Origin: Bugula neritina
Taxonomy: Eukaryota > Animalia > Bryozoa
Direction: 5' to 3'
DNA: 64,000 bases
NCBI GenBank assembly: GCA_964035545.1
Contig: OZ037773.1
Location: 10,321,751-10,385,750 of the forward strand
A model generated the notes under the pieces. It did no database searches. It was not told the origin of the DNA and worked only from the letters and a program-made list of their open reading frames with translations. Below, one piece after another: positions 15,968-29,100 of the stretch (position 1 is its first letter; the number at the start of each line of letters is the position of its first letter). The position numbers and the translations under genes are program-made.

Positions 15968-18187
15968 TGTTATGGTCATTTTACTTAATTTAATACACAT
16001 TCTAAATCTTTAGTTTTTTGCTAAATTTCACAATTTAGCAGCTAATATATATATTTTTTGCTCTAAACTAATAGAATATAAAAATACAACTAAATAGTTA
16101 AAGTTTCTTTTAATTTTGCTTGAATTTCTATTTTTTGCCTAGTTATTTAGTAAATTGGTTTTTTCATAACGGTCCGCAACCATATTTTAATTACCGGTGC
16201 CAATATGACAATCAAATGCACTTTATTATTGCAGGTTTTCCTCTCAGCCTATTTTTACATACATAATTCTAATAATCATAAAAAATATTACTACCTGTTA
16301 AATTTTCAATTGTTCTCCTAATTTGCTGGTATATGTACTAAATAAAGTAAAATAACCCTTATATTATATTAAGGTATTGCTATAAAGTTAGAGCCTTCTG
16401 ATTTTACTTAAATTACTTGATATTAAGTACACAGCCATTATATTGGAAAATAAACGGTGCTTCCGGATCATTTGATCCCAGACTCCACCTATTCAGCACT
16501 GAAAGATACCTTTTGCTACACAATTATATGTTGAATAAAAAATGTGCTTCTTATAAATAGAATTTAAGAAGTTTTAGATGCATGTAAGCAGATTTAATAA
16601 ATTTAATTTAAATGGGGGCATGGAAATACAGAGAGAATTTTGGGTCAACAGGAAAATAGTAGTATGTAGAAGTTGCTTCCTCTAGATACATGTATTGGCA
16701 ACTCCGAGATAGCAAGACAATTTACACTGATGTTCGTGGCAGTACTATTTATATTAAACAGGTATAACAGCTAGGTATGCTAAACCATGAACAAATCTAA
16801 AATATATCAGAGCTTACTGTCAACTACAGGCTTATAATAGTTATGAAAGTGATGAAAACCTCTGAGTGTGCTGGAACTCTATTCTGTGCAAGTATTTCTT
16901 TGATTGAGTATGCTAGAAATATAGAACTAATAAATTTGGTAATATTGATGATTGATAATATGCTGTATAACTCAGATGAATAGTATTTAACTTTTAAATT
17001 TGTTCTAAATTTAAATTTTGTAAATATTATTGCAATTTGGTTCCACAGCTTTATTTTAGATAATAGAGAACTAAATACCGCGAACTATAAAAGACATACA
17101 TACTAAAAGCTGAAAAGCCTAATCTGCATGTGAACCCTATTTTATATTGATTAGCAATACTTTATTTGTATGTCTCAAGATGTCATGCAGTAATTCATAT
17201 AAATATAATTTCTCTCCCTTAATAATTAAAAATAAAGTTATATCTATACAAGCAGCAAGTCATTACTTGAACATAATATTATATATGGTTTCTTTATTTA
17301 TACAAGAATGTCTGTACTGGCCAAGTGCACAGTTATTATAGAATGGCTTTTTCAACAGCTGCTACTACTATAGCTAAATAGCATATAACTAAAGTGGCTG
17401 CTTCTAACAGCAAGTTAAAGGCCTAATACATGATCACTTTTATTTGCAAGGTGAAATTCTTCCCATTACGTCATCGAAACGCAGCTGCGAGAATTATGCT
17501 GCAGCTTTCTTATTGTGAAATGGCAAACAATGGTTATGAAAAGCTTTTCAAGATAAATTGTTTTTGTAAAGCCTGTATCGGTGCTACATACCTAACTTAT
17601 AGTGTGATTCATATCTCTATTTAATTTGTCTAATTTATGGCTACTTGCTAGTCAATGAATACAGGGCAGTGTCATTATTGCCCTTATAAAATGAAATGCT
17701 AATAACTATACAGAGATTTATTAACCATTCATCGAGGTAAAGACAGAATGTGTCAAAAGCAAATTAGTGTGAAAAATTGGTCAATGTATTCAATAATTTT
17801 AGGTCAACTAGTAATGTTCACTTCAATAGAAAATGCTGAAAGAACTTTACTAGCTTACATAATGGTCAGTCAAATAACTCTGGATGTTACACATAACAGC
17901 TCATAAGAAGCATTTATTAAAAAGGAGCAGTGCAAAATCTATTACGTTTTATAAATATTTAACCTCTATTGCTTAAAGTTTATTGCTGATGATTAATTTA
18001 AAATGAAATTAGTTTTCTAATAATTTGATAGTATATATAAATAATGTTCTATAATAGAGTGAAAGTCATGTAAATGTTATTAACATTTACATATAATGCT
18101 ACTAAAGTTCACTGAGCTGCAAGAGCTAGACACTGAGCTGCAATAGCTGCATGGACACTGTTACTTACAGCTGATAGGTTAAACTAC

Positions 18188-21100
18188 TTATTTAGGTTTC
18201 TGACCTAGCAGCATGAACACTTCTACTTGGTAGGTCAAGGGTGCCTCAGGGTCATCTGTACCATACGCTTCCATCAGTCTGAAGAGATACAAGATACATC
18301 TCAGAGTAATCAATAAAAACTCTAAAAAGAGACTACATTAGCTGCAGGCTACACAGACCAGGTAAAAGAGGTCAGGTTACTCAGGCCACACAAGGAGGCC
18401 ACACAGACCAGGTGATAGAGGCCAGGCCACACAGGCTACGCCACACAGAACGGGCCACACATGCAGGGCAGGCCACATAGACCAGGTGATAGAGGCCAGG
18501 CCACACAGGCTACGCCACACAGGAGCGGCCACACAGAACGGGCCACACATGCAGGGCAGGCCACATAGACCAGGTGATAGAGGCTCGGTCACACCGGCCA
18601 GGTCACTGAGACCAGACCACTCAGACCAGGCTACACAGGGCAGGCCACACAGGCCAGGCCACACAGGGCAGGCCACACAGGCCAGGCCACACAGGGAGGC
18701 TACACAGAAAAGTCCCACAGAAAAGTCAGATAGGGAGGTCACATACAAAGGCCATGTTATAGAAGCCTTTTTAGTAATAATTATACTTCATTATATATTA
18801 CTTATATATTATAGAGGCAAGTATTATGGTCAGTGAACCCAAGTTTGACCTATAGTATGACAAAGGTCGTGTTAGGTTTGTGTGAGGTCATAGTGAAGAG
18901 CAATGAACAATCTCAGGGTGAAGTATTCTGCTATGTTATCTATGTTCTAATTGGATGTCCCAAATATATGTTGTCAGAATGACTTATGGGGCCAAGTATA
19001 TAACTTATAGTCTAAAAATTTGACGATGAGTAATTATAGCAGGTTGAGAATAAATGACTGAGTTCAACCATTACTAGATCGCACAAGGTGCATAAGTTAC
19101 ACTATTTTATATAAGTTTCTAGTTAGATATGATATACGAGTATATAGCTGTTTTCTACACGGGTATTAACTTAAGCAATGGAAGCAACAGAATTTTATGA
19201 CTAACTACTACCTTGTATGACAATCCTGCCACCACTTCTTATTTCCCTCACAACTGTTGACGTAAAGTTTTACAAAGGCAGCAGTCATCAGGCACCTCAG
19301 GACACCAGAGATTGTACTGGATATCTCCATGTACTGACCATCTAGTCTGAAAGAACCACAGACCCATGACCAATATAGCCTAGTTCAACAGCTAGGTGTA
19401 AGCTAGTCTGGTAGAGTCACTCATTCTTAGACCAATAGCCCAAGAGAGTCAGCACGCACAGCTGAGGTAGGTCCAGTAGTAGAGAAATCAATAAAAAGCC
19501 TGTGTTCTAGATTAGAAATGTAGCATGAGAAGTTATGTTCCTGCAATAATTTCATCCAGCACTTCAAACCAAAATTTAATAATAATAATTAAAGAGTATG
19601 GCCTATCTCAATTTCCCTACTATATACTGCTCCTATTATAAATTACACAGCTGTCGGTGTTGCCCGCTCACTGTAGTTCTATAAAAAGTACCTTATATAG
19701 GGTGATTATTGAAACCAAGAGCTAATAGTTATATAATAATTGTACAGTTTCACCTCTTTCTGTTCTGGTAAGGGATCTGCATTGAAGAGTCTGTGTATTT
19801 GTTCAGAACCATCTGGCAGTGTTTTGAAAAATATGGATTCTCACTTGAAGAAGTTATTTTTTCAAATACCTGTTATAGAAAAATGCACTCATACAATCGC
19901 ATATGTATAATATAAACAAGCATAGCAAAGCATTATATTTAACCCAAACTGTTACATATTCAAATAATATTAGCAGCATCTGCAAAAGATTCTATAATAA
20001 TAAAGTTGCATTAAATAAGCAAACCAGACATTTTATGCAGCTCAATGTTTATAAGCACTAAAAAAGTAAACTATTTTAGCAAAAACAGCTAAATACTTCT
20101 AGAGTCATGGACACAAATGTATCTTACTTCTGAGAGAATGAGATAGAGCTCATTGCTGTTGGGATGGTTGATCACTTCAAAGTCAAACTTGTACGTAAAG
20201 GCAGCAATAACTCCTCCAGGAACCAGAACTCTGTCACATTCTCTGTAGAACTTCTCATGATCCAACCAGTGCAGTGCTGTGGCTACTTGTATCAGTGTTA
20301 CGGAGTTGTCCTCTACTGGGAGGGACTCTCCTGGGGAAACTCTAGGGAAAGGTATGAAGTTACATGATGTTGGAAGCCAAGAAGTGAAATGATTGGTACA
20401 ATAGTAGTGCTTATTCTCTCACCTATTCTCTCTGTTTTGGCCTATTCGAGTAGCAGGAATAGTGGTACTTATATGAAGTGTTAAAATAATAAATATTTAT
20501 AATAATATTATAGTATCATTATATTATATCAGATTTTACCATGAAAGTTATTTCTTACTAAAAGCCAACACCAACACCTACTTGTAGTCAATGTTGAGAT
20601 GCTGATTTTGAAGAGTTGCCTGCTCTATCTGAGACTCACTGATGTCTACTCCAAGTACTTTATCAAAGTATGGAGCTAAGAATACTGTAGACATCAAGCC
20701 AGGTCCACACCCAACGTCCACAGCTAAGGGGTATTTGGGTGGTTGACCAAGCTAATCAATACATTAATGTTAGTTGACTACGTGCTGCGTTTAGTCAATT
20801 TAATTTGTCATCAATAACTTATTTGAGCAAGATTTGCAGGTTAATTATACTGCAAATAAATTCCAAGTGTATAACATATATACAATATACATATAACACA
20901 ATACATAACATATGCGTAGCAATAGCTATATGGTATAAGGATATAGCACATGTATAAGTAATTAGGCATGCCGGTCACCCGTACAGGACTACGACCGTAT
21001 AGGTGTGGAATAACTAATCAGGTGTAATATAAATATAGCATACAGACAGTGTATGTATTGCACATTTAGAGCGTACATATAGCATACAGATAGTGTATAG

Positions 21101-21604
21101 CATACAGATAGTGTATAGCATACAGATAGTGTATAGCATATAACAGATAGTGTATAGCATACAGATAGTGTATAGCATACAGATAGTGTATAGCATATAA
21201 CAGATAGTGTATAGCATACAGATAGTGTATAGCATACAGATAGTGTAAAGCATATAACAGATAGTATATAGCATAAAGATAGTGTATAGCATACATATAG
21301 TGTATAGACTATAGCATACAGATAGTGTATAGCATACAGATAGTGTATAGCATACAGATAGTGTATAGCATACAGATAGTGTACAGCATACAGATAGTGT
21401 ACAGCATACAGATAGTGTACAGCACAAGTGTTATAGTGTAAGGTATTATGTGAGCCTCACCGATTCTTCCACATAGGCCATGACGGTCTCAAATACAGAA
21501 GCTGGATATCTGATCCTAGACTTGACGTATTCAGCGCTGAGAGAGACGTCTTCGTATCTCTTACTGGCTGCAATCAGCTCTTCAGAATTATCTGCACTTG
21601 ACAT
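18188..21604 (-). CDS. Class I SAM-dependent methyltransferase (Methyltransf_11 / DDB_G0268948-like), about 289 aa. Exons: 21604-21461, 20751-20582, 20341-20128, 19869-19754, 19346-19212, 18278-18188
   Basis: The spliced frame (870 nt) gives EYVKSRIRYP, motif I AVDVGCGPG, motif II VLGVDISESQIEQA, and GESLPVEDNSVTLIQVATALHWLDHEKFYRECDRVLVPGG. All introns are GT-AG. Confidence 0.9.
18345..18712. repeat. GC-rich degenerate tandem repeat (ggccacacag core) in the last methyltransferase intron
   Basis: Repeated ggccacac/agaccagg units that explain the ORFs at 18377-18836. Confidence 0.8.
21035..21425. repeat. 18-bp minisatellite (tagcatacagatagtgta)n
   Basis: Tandem array in methyltransferase intron 1. 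Confidence 0.9.
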
Positions 21605-23118
21605 TGCAAAGCTAAAAGTTATATCCTGTTACTCACGAGTTACAGTCTCATCACACTGTGAACTCATTTTGATAACTAGATGATGAGTCTATGATACTAA
21701 GTGTAAGTTGAGAGACAAAACTAGCGAACAACGCCAGTGAAATGTATGCTAAGATAGGCACAACTATGACACAATCAACTTTTCTCTTCTTTTAATCCGA
21801 GGGTTTGTAACTGAGCTATATAAGCTATCCAAATAACCAATGGACCGTGTAACTATTGGCACACGCAGCCGGATATTAGTGAAATATGTATCAATTGACA
21901 CTTAATCTTTTGTGACATTTAAGGATAATGAATGGTGGCAGTATAGTTGGTAGCTTTAATTGCTATAATTAAGATAATATAAAAAACAAAATTGAGTCAA
22001 AACTAACAAATTAATTTTACTGTAAAATCTGACTGAATAACAAATTGCATGTTGAGCAACAACTAAAGGAAGCACTATATTATTAGCTAATTGTATTATT
22101 GTATTATTGTATTATTTAATCTGCAGAGAATCAAAGTTTCTATTGAACTTAAGTTGCACCTCTAATGGAGCAAATATACTTCTTTCTGACACCAAAATAT
22201 TCACCTTTTTGCCAATTGATATAAACATATTTTTTTAGTATAGTCAATTTGAAACTGAATATTCAAATCTTCAAATAAATTATCTTTTGTAAGGAGGATG
22301 TTTAGTTTGTTCTGCATTGAAAGCAAACTTTTGATCAGAAATTTTTTTTACCAGGACTTTGTTTTCTTCAAACTATTTATTACCCAGACTGTTTTAACAA
22401 ATACCAGTAAAAACATTTTACATGATATTTTAAAACATTCCAGCTATTTTAAATTAAAATTAGTTTCACATTATTATAGGAATAATTATGTTGCTTTTGA
22501 AACAAAAACTGCTTAGCTAAAACATGTAGGTGTAAATTAGACTTGAAGTACAGAAATAAATTAGTCATTATAAGAAAGCTGCTTTATAGTAAACATACAG
22601 TGACACAATATTACAATGGTGGTAAGTGTTTACTATACAGAGCCATCCTGCATGTCATTACAAGAAAACAAGTATAATCTGCTAGATAGAGCTATAGCTA
22701 ATCATAATTATTGAAGGATGTTTGTAATTTAGTTATATATATGGAAGTAAATGTAAGACCTTAATTATTCCAGTCAAGTAATCCTAATAAATGGTTCATC
22801 AGTTAAGCTTAATTGGAGAAGCTATAGCCGGCATATCCAGCTGTTTAACTGTTCCAATAAAATGCTTTTTGCTAACATAAGAGAAAATATTATAAACTAC
22901 TGCGAACCAGAAAGTGTGGAAAGCCATGCATGTATCGTGAAACTTACTAACAAAATAAAAGGAATGAAATATTCATACAAACCAAGCTATAACAAGTGCT
23001 GTTGATGAGAAAACATTTTTTTCAATTTAATTAGAAAGAGTCATACTACACAGAATGCTATAGTCAAAATCTTTCGAGCAATTCATAGACTCAGAACCTA
23101 CAAACAAGTCTATCAACT

Positions 23119-26100
23119 CTATTCACAGTTAAATGAACTCCCTCCGCAGACCTTCACTTCACTTAGCCTCAGCTCCTCTATAAACACATAGAAAGATGAC
23201 TGCCACCCGGTGAAAGCATCTGATGCTGAGATTCCAGTGCATGACTCAACGGCGTAAGACAACTCCAAACTTCCAGCTGATATATTCTGACACACTCCAC
23301 TCACTGAAACAGTAACACACATTTGCAGTTCAACTTCCCACTTGTTGTAGGATTTTTTAAAAATTTATATGTGTTTTGTTTATCTTAAAAAGACAATGTT
23401 TTAGTTTATGGTATCAGTTATGAAATCATTATATATAGAGCTGTTGTATTCAAGTTATAATATTTATAATTCAAACATATTTATTTTTGACGTGCTATCT
23501 CTATAAAATATCTAATAAAAATGATTTATTAGTTTATTTTCTAATTATTAAAAATAAATAGTTATTTTAGGGCTTGCCATTTATTTAGAAAAGTTAGTAA
23601 TTCATCAAACCAGAGAATAAATATTAGGATGTGTGACCTATATATTAAGATATGTGACCTATATACTACACAGAGAGAAATATTAGTGCAGTGCTTGCAC
23701 TAAAGTTGTTCAAAGAGCCTTTTATTGTCGGTATAGCCTGCACCACACCTCTAATAGTTGTTAGACCTGCACTTATTTTGATGAAATTGAAAATTAATCC
23801 GATTAGTGTAAGCTGAAAAATATTTTGTAGTAGCTCTGAAACCACTTAGTTGTTAAGTCAACGCTACTTTTCACAAGTATTACGTAATTATCATCCCTAG
23901 GTCTTAATGAAGCTAAACAGTAATTGATAGGAGCAGAAAGTGAGATCAATGCTACAACTACATATGTTCAAGCAAAATTTTATTTACATAAGAATTATGG
24001 AACAATAGGCAGTTGTTCACCTAACAACATTATTCGTTCACATGTGCACTAATGATGATCACAAACCTTTATAGGAAGCTAGGATAGAGTTGAACCGTAC
24101 ATTTGGGTCATTTCGATTGGTGCTTCCCAGTTAGATGCTATTTATACATTTTACGTGCAATTTATTTGAATACTATTGAAATATATGTGCATTTAAATAA
24201 ATTTGAGTCAATTGCTTTTTATAATTGGCACACAAATAAATTTCTTTGCTCTGCATAAACCTATTAATTTTGCATTTTCTATATTTTTTGTTTTTTGAAA
24301 AAATGTTATTAATGCATTTAATGCTTTTTTTCAACACAAATTTGGAAAAATTTAAATATTATTGCAAATATATCATATTAATGGTTATTTTATGTTTAGC
24401 AATTGATATGAAAGTTATATAAGGATATATAGGTATATAATACTTAGTACAAAACAAAAAATACAACCTAACTGGGAGCATATAAGTGGAATGAAACTCC
24501 TTCAACCTACTAGCTGTTTATGATTTCGAAATTTTTTTGAACCCAAGACATTTTCAAATAGCTTGTTACCAGACTACTATTAAACATTGCCCCACTCCGT
24601 TTATCAAAGACTGCAGTTGAATTTATCAACAAAAAATTTCAACTGCACATATCTCTTGCATGGGTAGTTTAGGCTTCACTAGTCAATTTCATTCATGGAA
24701 AGGAAAGCCAACTAATTTAAAATGTGTGTAAAAGAGAAATCAGGGAGATGCACCATTAAACTCCAATGTACTCAGTTATCAGCAAATGTGTTTCAAACAA
24801 GAAGCTTAAAATTAACAATGAAACAAGCTACTGAATAGTCAATTGTGGATCAGGTGAACCACTTCAAAAGCCTTGTGTAAACTTGTGTAAACTACCTGAT
24901 GGAACAAAAGAAGATGTTGCATAACAGAGCTATAGTAAGGAAATATTTAAATTGTAATTCAAAGGCAAGAAGTTGGCTTACCAAGCATCGAAAGAGCAAA
25001 ACAAAGGTTATTACATAACAGCACATAGTTTTCATTCACTGCTATTGACAGAAGAAATATTCTGCCGGCATAGTGAACACCAGAGGCTCAGACTAAGAGG
25101 TTGTGCTTTGAGATTCAGTGAATTTGTGCTTCCAAACAACTTCACAACATGGAAAACATTGAATCATTTCATCATATGGGTAAAGATTGCAGCTACCTCT
25201 CAGAGATAGAAGATGATCACTTTCTTTCAGAGTTAGGAACTGAAGTTGTCATTGCAGCAAAAGGTAAGCTCAATCATTTGCTTAACGTTGTCATTTTGAT
25301 TTTATATCACAATCACAATGACAGTATGACTATTGCTGTAGACAGATAATTGAATTTGTGCAACTATAACTTTTAAGAGACCACATTAACTGATATTTCC
25401 CAAACTACTCTATTCCTATATCAATTTGATACAAGTTTTCCTGTAACAATATATTTTCAAAAAATGTAGCGTTTTATTTCCACTTCACCTCCTAGCAATT
25501 TGTGCTAAATTCATTAATTTGAATTCCCCCCCCCCCATTGTAGAAGTATTCATATTGTTAATAATGCAGTTTAGCAGCCTACAAGTAGTTATTAGCCTTA
25601 AGCAGCTGCCAAGCTAGCTTCTTGTTTTATAGCTAAGTACCAAAATGCCAATATTAGTGGTGAGTTGGCAAAATTTTTTATTAACTTCTGTGCTACCAGT
25701 TTATTCTTTTATTTATCTTTGTACAGCACAATTAAATATAAAAACATGTTTAAGTAGCAATATTTTTCTTGGTAGTACTTTATTTGTTTTTCAATTTATA
25801 GACATACTGAAACTTATCAATATCTGTTATCTCGATATGAGGGGTCCATATAAAATGCTGACTCCAGCTTAAATTGTGGTTCACTGACATTTTGAGATAA
25901 TTTTAATGCAGAGAAGCTTCTATTAACTAAACTAATTATGCCCAACAGCTCTTGCATTTGTAATTAAGAAAGAAGTAAAATAAAATGATGGCCAAAATTG
26001 TTACTAAATTTTGATAAGCTCAAACTAACCCAAACACTGCGCAACATAATGATCATAAGTTTGCCAAAGCCTGTATGGTTATTCAGAATCAAACGATTGG

Positions 26101-29100
26101 TACGATGGTGCTGAAAATATGCTGAAAGATTCAGAGCTAACATCATTGATACTATTAGTTTTGGCCTTAGACTTCAGCTTCTTCAAAGTTGAGCTTAATT
26201 TATAAGCTGCTTGTGATTGTATATCTTAACCAAATGTTTACTGTTCATACTAATACAGTTTAAATATTACCCAACTTTTATCTTTTGTTGTAGATCCCAT
26301 AACATTTTTTAAGAACATGCACTCAAAGATGCTGAATAGGAGCACAAAAAAAAAATTTGACCGCTACAAAACTTTGAATCATGCTGAGACCTTCAGCCTG
26401 CAAGCAGGCGCACTCACCACTACATTACAAGCGTCACTTGGTGCTCTCGACACTACACCTTACCCACTTTTCAAGAACTCAGCTGCCTTTTTTATACTAC
26501 TCCTTCAAGCTTCCCTGGCCACTCAACTCCTCTTGGAATACTACCACACTTTACTAACTGCTGGAATTAGTTATAAAACTTCCCCCTCCCTCCTCCCGTA
26601 CTTGGGTTACTATCACAGACCTGGACTTGCACACAGGTGTGCTAACCATTACACACCACAACTGCTTGGTTATCGCTACACTACAGAGCAAGAATGGAAT
26701 GACACACACTATGGTCTTAGCGGGTTCTGCTAATATTAAGCAAAGTTAACTGAATTTACAGTCGTAGAAAAATTCTGCAAATGCTTATTTTCATGTTTTT
26801 TTTCTTATTTTAATCTTTAGAAGTTATTTTTTGTTGCATTTCTTATATTCAACTATCATATACAATAAAATCCACATTACTATACTCTCATACTGGTTAG
26901 AAGTTATGACAAGTTAGTTCAGAGTGATCAGTAATAAGTTTTGCAGAAGCTTATTTCCAACAAAAATTAGAGCAGCATGGAACATTTATAAGTTCAGCTT
27001 TGAATATAACTTAGTTCAGCATTGAGCATATCTAAGATCATCATTGAACAGAAATAAGATCATCATTAAACATATATAATATCACTATTGAACATAAATA
27101 AGATCACCATTGAAAATATTTAAGCTCACCATTGAACATATATAAGATCACCATTGAACATAACTTGGCTCATTGTGATAAATACAAAGAATCAACTTCA
27201 CAACTCTTTATATCAACATTGATCTAACATACTATTCACTGTGAACAGTACCTGACACTAATTTCTATTCATTGCTGGTCAATTTAGGGATCCAAAAAAC
27301 GAGCTGTTTTAGTTGTCAGCTAATGTTCACTCTAACACTAATATTTCTCTCTGTGTAGGATATGTGGCCTATATTATATTATAGGATGTGTAACACACTT
27401 TTTTATTAGCAAGATAAGACTTTGCAACTATCTTTAACAGTGTTTCAAATAATACGTTACAGAAATATTTCCTATTCATTTCCAAACTAAAAACAGCCCA
27501 CAGTATTTATACTTGTAACATATGAACTTAGGAATAGAGGTTGAGTACCTTGCATTGGGCTGTGATAGTTTGCCTCCCTGTCAAAGGAGAGAATCCCTTC
27601 TATGGTCCCTGGTTCTGCACACTTCCTACCATCTATTGTAAAGTACCTGTAAGCACATGTCACTTAACATCATTCTTATTTAAAGATACATTAAATAAAG
27701 TTTCATTCTATAATATTAAGATACATTACATAAAAACACATTACATGAAGAGAAATTATATAAAGAGAAATTACATAAAGAGAAATAATAATGTAATAAA
27801 ATAAATTATATAATGAGATATTATTTAAAGGAGGTTTATATACATAAAATATGCCCTATATATAATATATAAATATTGTATGGAAAATTGATAAAAACTG
27901 GGCTTTTATTTTATCATATAAATAGATAATAATATAGAATTATAATATAGTATATAGAATATATGGTATAGAGTATAGAGTGTAGAGCATAGAGTATAGA
28001 GCATAGAGTATAGAGTATATAGTATAGAGTATAGAGTATAGACTATATAGAGTATAGAGTATATGGAGTATAGAGTATAGAGTATATAGTATAGAGTATA
28101 GAGTATAGACTATATAGAGTATAGAGTATATGGAGTATAGAGTATAGAGTATATAGTATAGACTATATAGAGTATAGAGTATAGAGTATATAGTATATAT
28201 AGAGTATATGGAGTATAGAGTATAGAGTATATAGTATAGACTATATATGGTATAGAGTATAGAGTGTAGAGCATAGAGTATAGAGTATAGAGTATATAAT
28301 ATAGACTATATAGAGTATAGAGTATAGAGTATAGAGTATAGAGTATAGAGTATAGAGTATAGAGTATAGAGTATAGAGTATAGACTATAGAGTATAGAGT
28401 ATAGAGTATAGAGTATAGAGTATAGAGTATATGGAGTATATGGAGTATAGAGTATAGAGTATATAGAATAGACTATATAGAGTATAGAGTATAGAGTATA
28501 TAGTATAGAGTATATGGAGTATAGAGTATAGAGTATATAGTATAGACTATATATGGTATAGAGTATAGAGTGTAGAGCATAGAGTATAGAGTATAGAGTA
28601 TATAGTATAGACTATATAGAGTATAGAGTATAGAGTATAGAGTATAGAGTATAGAGTATAGAGTATAGAGTATAGACTATAGAGTATAGAGTATGTAGTA
28701 TAGACTATATAAAGTATAGAGTATAGAGTATAGAGTATAGAGTATAGAGTATAGAGTATAGAGTATAGAGTATAGAGTATAGAGTATAGAGTATAGAGTA
28801 TAGAGTATAGAGTATAGAGTATAGAGTATAGAGTATAGAGTATAGACTATAGAGTATAGACTATAGAGTATAGATAATAGACTCACCATCTACTGCACAT
28901 AGAGTGTCCTGAAACAAGCCTTAGCCTGTGATTACCGCTAGCAGTCAACCTTAGCCCGGTTTCTGAATACATCTTCTCATAATAGAAGGTAAATATTGTA
29001 CCAGAATCAGTGTCTATGGCTGCATCATCCCACATCTGCCTTCCGAGTCTTCCAATTCGGTTCGAGAAGATCTCTGAGTCAGTCCAGACTAATGAATGTT

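Noticed and set aside
18377-18836. Cys/Trp-rich and Arg/Pro/His-rich ORFs
   Set aside because: They arise from a GC-rich tandem repeat in a methyltransferase intron and show no domain motifs.
19640-19700. gctgtcggtgttgcccg motif resembling a Helitron/Helentron end
   Set aside because: Too short and degenerate, and no matching other end could be established.
25149-25872. Duplicated short ORFs (MENIESFHH.., MPILVVSWQ..), also at 13760-14480
   Set aside because: They recur only because they lie in the two transposon copies. No transposase or other motif was recognised.
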